From positions 1 through 64,000 of the forward strand of contig JALDZS010000130.1 of assembly GCA_022813965.1 (NCBI GenBank): a stretch of DNA of 64,000 nt, in the 5' to 3' direction. Shown one piece after another: positions 24,377 to 37,900 of this stretch; the stretch's first letter is position 1; every line of letters starts with the position of its first letter. Under the pieces are notes generated by a model. It did not search any database, was not told the DNA's origin, and saw only the letters and a list, made by a program, of their open reading frames with translations. The position numbers and the translations under genes were made by a program. The DNA comes from Toensbergia leucococca. Taxonomy: Eukaryota.

Positions 24377-25250
24377 GGATGGGGCGTATGGTGGATTTTA
24401 TACGTGTGGGCCGGTCGGAGATGTGATGAGGGATTAGACGACGGGACCTGCGAGAAGAATATATGGGTGGGGGCTGGTTTGAAGAAGTCGTGGATGGGAT
24501 AGTGAAGGCAGTGACGAAATCCGATGATACGACAAGCTGGTTAGTGCCATAGGCCCTACCAGTGCTCTGCTTCGCTCGTACTTGGCTCGCATGCATGCTT
24601 TGCGAATACTCTCAGCGTGCTTTTTGACTCCGAGAATTTTGGCTCCTCACGCTATATTCAAGAGGACACCACTTCGATCGAATACTTCGCTACTTCCTCG
24701 CCTCAAAAAGCGTTCACTCAAGATTTGGGAAGAATCTCAGTATAGTTCATTACTGTTACAATTTTCGTTGGCTTAGTCTTCGTGTCAGCGAGACCAAACA
24801 CGGAGGTTCATCAGTGGTAATTTTTTTGTAAGCTATTTGCTAAGCATAAACAATCCACTCCACTCTCTCCACTTCATCTCCACAAGCAACGCCCTTTACA
24901 ATCAAGCTCTCACTTGGTAGGAGAGCACTGACAGGAGCTACTCTTCTCACCGACTCACATCCACACACACTCTCCTCCGCCTCACGACCCTGCTTTCCCC
25001 TGTCATACCCATCCACCCATCCATTCTCTTGTGGCGAAGGAGGTACGGATCCCGGATCACCGAAACGCCTATCGCTGATGCCTCGGGTATGCTGATGCCG
25101 CTAAATTTGATAAAAGGTAAAGGGAGGCTTTCCCTAGCCTCTAGATACGTGTTGAAAAGACTCTAAGTATATGCTAGTAAGCAAATGCCCTGGAGAGCCG
25201 TGCAGATCCATGTCATAATGACGCGCGAATCCGCGAATGCCATGACTTAA

Positions 25251-28200
25251 TCACTTTGCCTCTTTCCCACCCTCCATTTGCGACGGCGGTGGAGGAGGGT
25301 GTTGACCTGCCATATGTTGATGGGGTCCTGGCGGTAACTGGCTATAGTTGTTGTTGGGAACACGATGTGGTTGAGAAGGATAATGGTATTGCTGCTGTGG
25401 GCTATGGTTGTAGTGTGGCTGGGGCGATCCGTATCCTCGCATTGGCGTCACTGAGTACATGTTAAAAGCCTGCTCTGAGATCGCGTATGTGACAGATTAA
25501 CTTACTATGTGGTGGAGGTTGTTGTGCATACACGGGTTGACCAAATTGCCCAGGGTTCATGTACATTTGTGAATGTTGCCCTTGGTGAGAGCCTTGGTGC
25601 ATCATCATAGGAGCTCCTCTACCAGGGCTAGGATACCCGCTAGGAGGCTGTGACGGTGCACCGTAAGGTGGCGGCGGATCTCCTGGGGGATACATTGGTA
25701 TCTGAGGATTGAAGGGAACAGCTATGCCGTGTGGCGCGCCTATAAAGCCCCCGTTTGAATATTGAGGAACCATCATAGGTGCAGCCATCTGGTGCGCTTG
25801 AGTAGCAATCATCTGAGGTCCACCTTGAAATTGCCTAAAGTGAGCGGGATGTGGGCCGGTGGGACCCACGACGTAGTGTGGCATTGCCTGATACGTAAGC
25901 TGAGCGGGCTGAGGCATAGGGGAAGGATAAGCCATGTTGGTATTTTGCAATCTAGGCGATGGATACACAGAAGAGGATGATGCCGAAAGATGCATGCGGT
26001 GATGATCTTCGTAGTGATGTTGCGCACTAGGATAAGGGGGTGGCTGAGGTTGCATCTGATATGGTGTTTGGTGAGGAGCATGTACATGTGCGACTCCGTG
26101 CGAGCCACTTTGAAGATGGAGTGGCAACTGATGTTGATGAGGTAACTGCGGAGGAGCTGGAGAGCTCTGGCTAGGAGAGACACTGTTGGTCACTGGTGGG
26201 GGAACTTCAAACATATCTTTGTAAGACTTGAAGTCTTCGTCTTCTTTTGGAGGATTCCATGTGGGAGGGGTTTTGTAGGCGGGTTTGATTCCCCCATTGA
26301 ATGCATAATCTTTAGTCTTTCCCTCAGTCTCTGCTTCATTCTTCAGCCATTTAAGGGGGTTGAAATGATCCGTAATTAATTGCCTCTCTGATGCTGATAA
26401 AGGTTTTCTATCACCGAAGAAGGCACTCGGACTTGGAGCACGCGTGTGGGTTCCAGGACTGGAGTCATCACTGTGCTCTCCAGTAGGCTTAAAGGTGTTC
26501 GCTGCTGGGTTTGGCCTGAACGCCATCGCATTTGCGTTGAACCGGGCAGAGGTTGCAGAGGTAGGCGTCCGAATATGGCTTGATGCCTGCGGACTTGTCA
26601 TAGGAAGAGGATTAGCTACCGGCCTCGAAGGCAAATTCCGAGGGTTCTGAATGGGTAACGGATTTGGTACAGACACAGGTATCCCTGCTTTATGCTGTCT
26701 ATGACTGTCTGCAAGACGGTGGCTGAAAAGTCCCTGGCCCGGTTTAGATGACTCGACTGGTGCGTTATTTCCCTGTTGCTGTCTATCCTTTGACGACTGA
26801 CTAGCTTGTGGGCCCTGTGGAGGATATCCCTGACGCCCCCGTTGATAGCTTTGACGTTCGACAGCAGTTGGAGAAGCCGGGTTGTCTTCATACCTAGCTG
26901 CTGCAAAGGTCCTAGGAGTTTTCTGATCCGGTACAGTAGTTGCAGACTTTGGCGGTGTAGAGGAGACATGCTGCGCATTTCGCTGAGCCTTCTCCATGAT
27001 CTCTTCCTGCTTCGACTTATCCTTTGCGAGTATAGGCACCAAGTCCTTTGGTACCGGGGTCATGAGCTTGAAATTTTTAGAGAATTTCATGAGATCGTTG
27101 AGCTTAATAGCCTTGTCTTGAGAGACACGGTGACGACGGTGGTCATGAAGTTTCATCTTCTCCATGTTCGCAAACTGGCGGAATGAATCTAAAAGCTCTG
27201 TTTCCACGTTCTCGGTAGCAGAACTACCGGATGTAGGTGCTTTGGTGGTACTAGCTGGACGCAACGTGGAAGGAATCGGCTCTTTGCTTGGTGACAGGAC
27301 CTTGGCTGCTTCTCTTATTTGTTCTCGTTGGGAGCTCTCTTTTGTGATTGCAGTATCCGATGCTGCTTCGACTTTGTTTGGAACTACCTCCGTCTGCTCT
27401 TCAGACTTGCTGTTCGGTCGTGCAATCTGCGATGAGATTATAGCTGGATCTACGGGTGCGCCAGCAACTGTCGCTTTGCCAGTTGGAGGACGTCGAGCCG
27501 GAGGAGTGTATTTGTTTTGACTAGATTGTAGAGGTGGATATTCCAATCCTTGACGACGAACGCCACTGTATCTACCACGTTGTTAGGTGGATCAACGGAC
27601 TGGGATTCAATGGTAAGAACTTACTTGTCCTCTTCATCGCCTTCGTCGTCTTGACCAGCCATACCACGTTCTTCTCTCACATAAGAATTGCTAGCAGTTG
27701 TCCCCTCAATCTCCTGTGCAATTCTCTCTGCCTCTGCCTCTTTCTGCCGATACTTAGGATCTGTTCTATCGATCCGTGTTGTGTATATATTCTCATCGTA
27801 ATTGCTAGTCACACCGAAAAGTTGCGCATTGGCCTCAAATTGATCCCACGTTCCCCCAGAATGTTCAAGAGAAAGGTCTACATCAGTCTCGGTTGAAGGC
27901 TCCCAACGTTGAAGGTCTCGTTCGCGTAACGCTAGATTGCCGGAGATATCGGCATCAGTGCGGAATCCACCAACAGATCCTGCATCTTGTGGTTAGCAAC
28001 CAAGCATTGCCTAAGAGAAATCTCCATACCGTTTTGGGGCTTGTCGCGGGCATCAAAAGCAACACCCTCGACAGCCAGGTCGACGACCTCTTTGATATCG
28101 AAAGACATTGCATGATCCTCGCCAACTCCAATGTAATCTCCAGTACACTCTTGAATGCCATTGGCCTCACACTTCTCCTCTGACTTGACATGCTGGACCA

Positions 28201-28980
28201 TCTTGAGTAGATAGGCCGATTCGTGGTTTTCAACTATTGAGCCTACGAATACCCCGGAGAACACATCGCCGTTCTTCACTGTGATTGAAGCTGTGAGTCC
28301 CTAAGGCGCACAGTGATAGTTAGACTCAATATACTACTTGGTTATATCATAAGTGTCTCACCATCAGATTCCCTAGTAAAAATAGCAAACGATCATTCGC
28401 GTGCCTATCAGGCGTATTCGTTTCCTTGTTGTTCATATTCTTTTGAGGGCTAGACTTTGGTTGAGATGATGTACCGTTTTGCTGGGCTGGTGTGGTCGAA
28501 CGTTGAGTAATTGGATTCATGCCTGATGTCCAAGCCTTCTGAGTTGGGTTTCTTCTTGATACTCGATTATCAGTCAGAGTACCATGAAGAACAGAGCGCA
28601 CTGAAGATATCTTAAATACTGTAACAACAATGGTAAAGCTCTATACTTTGAATCATGGTCTGACAGCCTATTGTGGACAAGACCCCTTTGTAGCATCAAA
28701 TAAACAATAGCGTTGAAATGATGGTTTGTGCGAATAGGTAAAGTCGATCACAACGATAAGAAGTAAATTAAGCGGAAGATTCTGCATGATTACACCGCAA
28801 AGTGAATTAAGAGGCCGCTTACCTTTGTGCACCATCACCAAAGTTACCAGCTTGCTTTCGGGTGTCTAGAGTTTTATTTCCGGCGTCAGGCTTTGACTGC
28901 TTTCGGCCAACATTGGCCATCGTAGGGTTGGAGGAGTTGGTCTCTGAGCTTGCAGTTCCATTGACCATGGTAGTCGCCAT
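25251..28980 (-). CDS. PBP1: Poly(A)-binding-protein-interacting protein Pbp1 (ataxin-2 homologue); 6 exons
   Basis: Sm-ATX domain (HANDRLLFLL...ITVKNGDVFSG), FRTDADIS, LsmAD domain (WDQFEAN...YDENIYTTRIDR...DEEDKYSGVRR), PAM2-like FNANAMAFRPNPAANTFKP, and a P/Q-rich tail. Introns 28555-28822, 28301-28361, 27980-28029, 27572-27624 and 25451-25505. Confidence 0.93.
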
Positions 28981-29610
28981 CTTGGAAGGTCGTTCGCCGT
29001 GGGAAGCCACAACGGGCGCCTCACTGCCGTCCAACTGTATGTGGCCGAGACGGCACGAGGAGTTCCCAAGGTGATACAAGGGACTCTTCACAATTGGCCT
29101 CACAGATTGCGGAAGGCCGCAGAAGGATTGTTATTGAAGAGAGATGGGGTTGCAAAGTCGTGGGAAATTGTATGGAGAGCTAGACCAGCGGGCGCTTTCC
29201 TGATTCAGGGTCAGATCTACTTTAGAGCGAGCCTCACGAAACTTGGAGAGGCGCTACGGAGCAGCCTCAAATTTCTGATGAAGAGTCTAGGTTAGTAAGA
29301 TTGGCTTGATCAAAGTATCAAGAGAGGTTTATGAGGTATGACACAAGTGTCTTTTGTGTGATTTAGTGGAGTAAGAGAACTGTTAACTGAAATATCGAAA
29401 ATCCGGGGGCTTGTGAATCCCATAAATAACCGCTATGGTATTCTATAAACGGCACTAATAGCCGGCCAGACCACGAGCTTACCGAAGTGGAGGTTTCTTG
29501 CAACTGTCAAATCGGAAATCTTGGTGCATCAGTGGGCATGTAGATGATTACATGTCCACTTCTCGTTGAAAGCAGCTGAGTCATCGACTGAATACAAAGT
29601 CAGTTGAATC

Positions 29611-32600
29611 ATGCAGGCGCCCTCACATTCCCAGCGGTCAACACAAAGACGTTCTCCTGCTGTGGAGTCAGCAAACCCCCCTCAAACTTCCAACGCATCT
29701 CAGGCTTCGTCGGCCCCAGGGGCTCGTAGCTCATCTAGTTCTACACGATCATCGACTTATCAACGTCGAAATGTATGATGTTGTTCATTAGCGTCTTCAA
29801 GTTTCCATGCGGCTAATATCTCCTTGTGCCCCTAGCCATCACAGCAATTATCTCAGATTGAGAAAAGTGTTACACATCTCCTTATAGCCACAAAGCAACT
29901 ACTCGAAACCCTCACGCAATGGTCACGCCATACAGCAACGGAAGGAGAGGTATCAGATGTTTACGTCCGCCTTGGATATGAATTCAATATCGCTTCGAGG
30001 GCATTTGCCGCAATCGGTGTTGAGACCTCGGATCTAGGTCCTGTGCCCGATCTCTTACGTGGCATACTAGAAGAGACTCTCAGTCAGGAAGCCAGTACAG
30101 CAAGCCTGAATAGGTTTCTGCCTCGTATACGAGACATTGTCATCAATCTTCTCCACGGCCTAAAAAGGAAGCAGCAAAAATTGCGTTCTTCAAAATCTGG
30201 CTCTGGCAATAATCCGGCGATCGCTGGTATTACTAATGGCGGTGATACCAGCCTCATGCAGATGTTAGAAGATGGCACTTCATCACAACGGGCGAGTAGC
30301 AGAGGATCGGAACGACGTCACGGCAGTGGGGGAAGCACATTTATCGGGGATGAGCCGGGAGTTCCTCCTCGCGTATCATCGATCCAAAACGGTTCAGCTC
30401 CGCCTGTGCGACAGAACAGCGGCAACACCCTAACTGATGCTATCAACCGGAATCACAATCGAGAAAGTGATAGCCGTTCCATAGCGGTGTCTAATCTAGG
30501 ATCTTCGATTTCCGATATGTCGTTACAGTCTAGCTCGAGCCTTCCCCATGTTGAAGAAGAGACTATAGAACGAGTTTCGCCCCAAGGTAACAATGCTTTT
30601 CACGCCCCTCCACCACCTCCACCACCACCAAAACAACACGATGCATTAGCTGCTTTGCAAAGACACGGGGATCTAGAACGGCGAGCTTCCAGGAGATACT
30701 CTCAGTATCAAATTTCGAAACATCTCGGTGCTTCACCGAGTGGGGTTCCGATGTTACCCCCAGCCCAGAACTCACCGATCCCAAATAGGGGTAGAGACGT
30801 GCGAGAGTCAATGAATGCGGTACGAGTCCGTGGTTCAGGACTGAATAGTCGACAAAGATCTAACAATCGTACTGGAGAATCGTCGCCCATGAGAAACACC
30901 ACCTTTGCACAACGAATATCTGAAGAAGCTGGTGCACCTATCATCAATCTCCCTAGTGAAATGGCGGCTAACGAAAATGCTTTCAACAAAACACCTGAAG
31001 ATAAGCTTAGGCAATCCTACCTGGAATTGGATAGTGATGGCAAACCAATGCTTGGCGCGACCATGACCGGGCCTCCCACAAGCAATGTCGACGGGATTCC
31101 AATGTACGATATAACTGAGGATGAAGATGTAGAGCCAAGAGACCAGCATCCAATAGAAACTATTAATCAACAAAATGATCCCGCCGTCATACCTGAAGCT
31201 CAGCAGCCAACAGCCTCGACTCCCCCACAAGCCCACCAGTTTACTCCCGAACAATCTCCCCAGCCTGGAAAAGAACTCACACTGTTTTTGCAGTACAGAT
31301 CTAAGATCAAAAAATTCGTTCTTCCCGATGGCGAGAACGAAGTCTCTGTTGCCAGGCTACAGCTTGCATTCATTGAGAAGTTTGCATGGAATACACATAG
31401 CAACGGCAATGACTTGCCCGAGATCTATATTCAGGATCCTATATCTGGAGTACGTCACGAGTTAGAGGACCTCAGTGATGTGAAGGATCGATCCGTCTTA
31501 GTGTTGAACATTGAAGTACTAGATGAAGTGAAACGACACATTGATGAAGGTCTTGGGGGATTACGGAGAATGGTGGAAGGTGTTCGGACAGTAGTTGATG
31601 GGAATCAGGCTGTTATCCAACGGTTTTCTGATCAACAGCAAGACTCGACCAAGGAAGTTGCTCGTCTTGTTGCCGCTCGGCCAGCCCAGGCTCCTCGGAT
31701 GGGCTCGTCGACGAAGATGAACATCAATGGCATAAGATCTTCGACTCCGTACTCGGACAATTCCGATCAAATCTCAGAGGTTCAATCTCTACGGCGAGAC
31801 CTCGCAGTTGTGCGACAGACGTATTCAACTTTCATGTCCGACATCAATTCATCGATAGCAGAGATTCGTTCGAAAGCATCCGCTGTAAAGTCAGTAGCTG
31901 TTGATGCAGTGGTTCCGTCAATGGAAAATTCAACTGGTCGATCCTACGTAAATACTGGGAAGAAAACACTAGCTGAAGATTCAGAGAAGATTGTCAACCG
32001 CGTTGACGATCTTCAAGACATTGTCGAGGACCTCCGTAAAGACGTGGTGACTCGTGGTGTGCGCCCTCTTCCTCGTCAACTAGAGACGGTCAGCAAGGAC
32101 ATTAGCTTTGCCACAGCCGAGCTTAAGAAGATGCAAGAATACTTGAAACGAGAGAAACCAATTTGGACCAAGATCTGGGAGAAAGAACTTGAGTTGGTGT
32201 GCACGGATAGGGACCTCCTGACTATGCAGGAAGAGCTGGCTGCAGACCTTGAGGATGATTTAGAGAAAGCGACACAAACGTTTGCCCTCGTTGAAGAAGC
32301 GACCAAGCAACAGAACCTACAGTCAAGCCAAGGAAGCAATCCTACTCTACGAAGCACATCTAGAGGCTTGACAAGTATTTCGATAGATCAAGACGTCGAC
32401 CCGATGAAGGCCAAAGATGGCGTACTTGGAGCAGTTCGAGCTCTCCGTCCGAACCACGAAACAAGACTAGAAGCAATCGAACGTGCCGAGAAAGCCAGAC
32501 AGAAGGAGCTCGAGAACCGAAGGGAAGGTGAGTTCAAGAAGGAGCTGGGTAATTTCGTCGAGGAGGGCAAGCTGAAAAGGAGTGGAGGGTTTGAAGAAGC

Positions 32601-32850
32601 AGAGAGGTTGCGAAAGGCGAAAGATGAGAAGAACAGACGAGCAGCTTGGGATACGCAGCAGGAACGAGCATCGAGCAAGGGCAAGGAAGCAGAGAAAATG
32701 TCATCGGGGAGCGAGGGTCCAACTACGTACGACGAAGAAGCGAGAAGTCCCGAGGCGGAGTTTACTGAAGCGCAGGAGCAAGTAGGCAGCGAGGTAGAGG
32801 CTAATTCCCCGGGTGAGGCTGCTGACGACGAGCTATTCTGTTTTACGTAG
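29611..32850 (+). CDS. BUD6: Actin-interacting polarisome protein Bud6/Aip3 (BudA)
   Basis: ATG at 29611 and intron 29773-29835, then IEKSVTHLLIATKQLLETLTQW, LERRASRRYS, LTLFLQY, and the AIP3 core VDDLQDIVEDLRKDVVTRGVRP...EKPIWTKIWEKEL. The 3' end may instead splice to a stop at 32914. Confidence 0.93.
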
Positions 32851-34948
32851 CTGATAAGGGCTAGCGGTAGCTTCGAAGCGACCTTCGTGGCTACCAGCCA
32901 TCTTTTCGTCGTGAGATTCGATAGTGCGAAGCGGGCGAGTGCTTGCAGTACTTGTATCACCAGACTGATGGCGAGAATTTCAGCAAGCGAGCGATGGTGT
33001 AACGTGTTGATACCCTGCTATGTGCTTTGGGGTGATTTGAAGCCAAGCTTTTTCAATGCTTTCTGGCGGCGGCAAGTGTCATTTCACGTGGATTTGTGCA
33101 GAGCTTCTTTTTCTAGATGCCCGCTTTGAGCACATGCAAGTCTTGCCTTCTGAATTATCAAAAAGTGAAATGTCCCACTTGTTTTTGACCCGGATGAAAG
33201 TTGCTGTATATCAACAGTTATACAAGATCTGTCTCACTTGCCTTGCAAGACACGAACTTGTTGTTTTTCCCTGTTTCCTGTTTGATCTGGTAAGGGGTAA
33301 AGACGGGGTTTGATTACATGAAGATGCAGATTAATCCGGATACCTACCTACTATGATCCCAAGAACGCGCGCCCACACCACCCAGGTGTCTTCTCAGAGG
33401 AGAGTTGTGTGTGTGCACTTGAATTTTGTTGTTTTTTTCAGATGTATTCAGCCCCCCTCCTCACTCACTCATGATATTGATATCTTCATATCTCTCTTCT
33501 GAACAAATCACATGGAGCTTGTACAGAGACTTGGAATGTGAGTGTGTCTTTCTCTCTTTCCTTTCTTTTTTTGTTGTGTGTTCTGAAAAGAGTATTTTAT
33601 TCTATTTTTATTTTATTTTTTGGTGAAGTCGGATTTGTGAGTGTGGCTTTGCCTTTTTTTTTTTTTTTTTTTTTTGGATTGAGACCTGGTGGGTAGGTTA
33701 GGGGAGGTTAGGAAAGGTCAGAGAAGGTGAGGTAGTGATGGGTTGAGTTAGGTAGGTAGGTGAGGTTTTTGTGTATCTTTTTTTTTGCATCAGGGGGGGT
33801 GGGTGTTGTTTGAGAATTAGGCCAGGGGATAGGTATATACTGAGAGTAGGTAGCTTATATTTCTGTATCTTCTCTTCTCTTCTCTTTCCTTCAGCTGGTG
33901 ACACAGTGTCAAATTGAAGCTACCTACCCTAATCTTGTTAATATACAGAGTTGCTTTGCTCTTCTTTTGCTTTCCTTTCCTTTGCTACTTCATTACTGTA
34001 TTTCTACACCTATGCCTGCATCTTTCTCTTATATATTTTTTGGCGTTGTGAGTACATACATATAAAGCTGAGTTGAGCTGAGATTGTCATTCACCCTCCT
34101 ACCCAAGTGTGTGTATGTGATATCATTTGTAGACAATCAAGCATATACACTCCATAAGCTCAGTAAACATACACATTCCCCTTCAAAGACCAAAAACCCC
34201 TCAACTCAATCCCCCCCCTCTCTTCAACTTCAACCTTTCCCTCCCAACCCTTCCTTCATTTCACTCAAACCCAAAACCTCACTAATTCACACACATCCCC
34301 CCCCTCACCGTCAGCTAAAAATCACCAACCCCTCAAAAACGCCCGAGTTTGGCCCCCAAAAAAAAAGAAAAAAGAAGAAAAAAAAAAGCGCCCCATGACT
34401 ATTTAAAAGCAATGTGTACATAGGTATCACCCTCCTTCCTCCCCCCCCCAACTCCCCCCCCCCACAACTCCCCCCCCCGCCATCCCATCCCCCCCACCAG
34501 CAATTGTATTCAGAGATGATAACTCTAGAGATTGATTGATTGATTGTACTTGGTACGCCCCCTGGGTAGCCTCGGGGGAAATGTGATGTGTGGCGAATAG
34601 CAAGCGGGAAAGCCTTATTTGAAAGGGAACGGGGGTTTACGAGGAGGACCCTCTTGTGGGGGGGGGTATACTTTGCAGCAAGCAAGGAGTATGAGTAGGT
34701 ACCTTTGAATAAGTGACGCCCCGCGGGGGGGGAGGGGGGGGGGAGGTAGCCAAAAAAAAAAAGTAAGAGGCAAGGAAAATCTCAGGGGGGCTGGAGAATT
34801 CGCAAACTCGCAACTCCTCTTCCCTTCTCTTTCCATTCCCCCCCCCGCATCTCTCCCTCTCCCAGATCCAAGTCCACCCTATCAATTCCCCCGAAGAGCA
34901 CCCCAAGCTCCACAAATCACAATACAACAACTAACTAAAAGGCATTTC

Positions 34949-37900
34949 TCAATCTCCAGCAACACCCACATGCCCCACAACCTTCCGTCCGTCAGCCAGC
35001 GCAGCAGCAGCCTTTCCATTACCAGCACTCTGTGCCCCCACGATTTTGATTTTCTTTCCCGCCATGCCCGGTCTCGAAAACATCGAGCCGACCGAACGCG
35101 CCACCACCGTCTTCGCCTCCGGTTCCGGAGTTTCCGCGATAAAAGTCGCAGGACTACTCTGATACTGCTGCTGAAGCACTGACTTCGTAAGGATGGGTAT
35201 GCTCTTCGGCCGAGCTCGCCCTTCATCCATCGTATAACTCGACGATCCATCACTACCCAATTCATCATCATCATCATCATTATCATCGTCCTCTTCAGCC
35301 CAGTTCAACGCCCTGAGTTTGGCTATGCGGTTATCTTCCGCTTGCTTTGCGGGGCCTTGGAGTTCGACAATTGCTGCACCTGGTCCAAGCATCGACAGGT
35401 CGGCCGTGGGATCCGATGGAGGGACTATTTCGGCTGCGAACTCATCGATCGGTTGGTTGTTCTTACTTTTGCGACGTAATTTATGACCACTATCAGTGGC
35501 ATCGCGTTTGCTATAGGTTTTATTGACCGCGCTCGATTTGGTAGAGGTTTTAGATATCTTTTGTCGAGGGCGCCGTTGCTTTGGATTAGACTGCAGTTCT
35601 TTCGGAAGATCTGCGATATCGCCGTCACTTCTCTCAGCAAGGTAAGCGGGAAGCTGACGTGGGGTTCGACCTGCCCTAGTCTTTACTATCGAGGATTGGA
35701 GTATCAAGTCGCTTTCCTCGGTTTCACTTGAAACCTCCTTGTACCTGGACAACACTTTGCGCGAGCTATTGGATAAAGCTGACTGTGTGGCCGAAGAGAG
35801 ACGATTAAGTGGCTTACGAGCAGAGAAATCCTCATCTGAATCCATCCTGACAGTCTTCTTCTTGGTGATCCCATTTGACCAAGGTACAACATCGTGTGCA
35901 ACAAATGGAAAATCGGATTGTACGATGATGGTATCCGGTCTCTCATCTCCAGGGCCATCACCGCCAAAAGATGAAGAATCACGTCGAGTTGCACGGCTCT
36001 TTCCGGTGATTGCAGCCAGTTTGGTCCCATTTATGGGTAGTGTGATCTGCAATTGCTTCCCGGTGATGGCTGCCTCTGCGCTGATGTAACGATTGTTACG
36101 TCTTGCCTCCTGTAATGTCTGCTGTATTTGAGCCTTTTGAAATTGCTCATTGGCGTCATTCTTAGGTTGCGACAATAGATCACTTTGTAAAATGAAATTA
36201 GAATCGGAGCGTTTCCGTTTCGTCCCAGATTGCACTTGTATGCTATCCTGTGGGAATTTATTACCTTCGTCATGACGCGGAGTTTGAGACGGGGGTGTGT
36301 AAAGAGGCAATGTCGGGTCTGGATAGTGGTAAGTTATCCCATTTGCATCTATCGAATGAATATTGCCGTTTGACATGCCCGTTTCTATCATGTTTGCCTG
36401 AGGAGCAACAAATTGCGTCAAAGGTTGCAGCTTGACAGGCTGATTGCTGTCGACACCGCTCCGGACTAAACTATCACCAGAATTGCCTTGAAGACGGTTC
36501 GCTTCGTCATGGCTATCAACTGCTGGCGCGGTAGAGTCCTTCCCATTCCTAAGGCCATCACGCTGTGATACCTTTCCAACTACAGCCGCTGCAATTGGAT
36601 GTCTAGTTTCAGAAGCTGTATCGTCATTTGATCTAAGCAAAGGATCTATCGTCATGTCAACATCGTGATTATATATGATGCCAGGACTTGAAATTCCTTT
36701 GTCCACAGGTGAAAAGTCTTCTTCGTCAACATAATTGTCGTCGAGGGCCGGATCCCTTGATTTTGCCTTTGCCGCTTCATCTCTTCGGCGTCGAAGACGT
36801 CTGGTTTCATGTGGATGGTCATCCCCTGCCTTCTTAACCCAACTGATGTTGGAGTGACTAAAATTCACGAGACTTTCCACACTTCTCGGATCAGCAATCT
36901 TCTTGGTATCGTGACCGAGAATCGTCCCGTTTGGCTCAAAGGGCTTCATGCCTGGAACTTTTCGGCAAGATCCCGCTGAGCAGATTTTGAGACAATGCGG
37001 ACATTTCCAGTCAGGATTTTCCATAACAGTGAACGGCATCAAATCAAATGCTCGAAACAAGCTACCGTAACAATATGCAAGACCACAATCGCAGAAGGCA
37101 AGCTTCCATCGTTCGTGTCGGTCCTTACAGATGTGACAGCTTACGTTGTCCTGCAACCATTTCTCGGAGCGTCGCTTCTTACGACGTTTTTTGAGCGTCC
37201 CATCTGCGTTTGTTGGATCCTCTTCCGAGTCCACCTCTTTCACTTCTCGGGGTATCTCCTTTGTTGGATCGCGCCAAGGCCGAATCTTCAACTGTTCTTG
37301 ACACACCTGAGCAAGAGTTCTCTTACTTAGAGCTTTCCTCTCCACATGGAGTGATTGAGGAGAAGTATCACTCAACCCACCTTCAAAGCCAATAATCTGA
37401 TGCCTCCAAAGCTCATGCTTATTGACCAGATCTTGCCACGGAAATTGCTCCACCCACTTATATTTTGATAGACAACGACAACTTCGTCCCATGGCGTAAC
37501 ATTCCATGCATATGTCGTATGTGTCCTCCTCCCCACTCTCCAGAGGTATGATACAAGTTGTACAGGTTAGGAAGCGGTTGAAAATATTGCATCGACAATA
37601 TGAACAAGTGACAAAGCTATCATATGCAAGGAACTGGCCTCGTCTCTCAGTTGGAGATACGGGAGACAACGTTTCAGATAGTAAGATTTGGCTGTAAAGG
37701 GAGAAAAGTCGTTTGAAGTCTTTCTGCAATTGCCGGATTTTAGGATTGTAACTCAGATCAAGCTGAAATTGAGGTTTAGACATTGTCTGCTTCTGTAAAT
37801 CGACTTGTTTGAGCAATCCTGAATACTTCTCCAATGCGAACAAAACAATTGCTTTATTTTTGTATTGCTCGTCCCGGCAAACCATCCTTGCTCTGGGGAG

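Noticed and set aside
34084..34930. Several short ORFs between BUD6 and the JmjC gene
   Set aside because: Built from homopolymer runs (poly-K, poly-F, poly-P, poly-G), with no splice or domain support.
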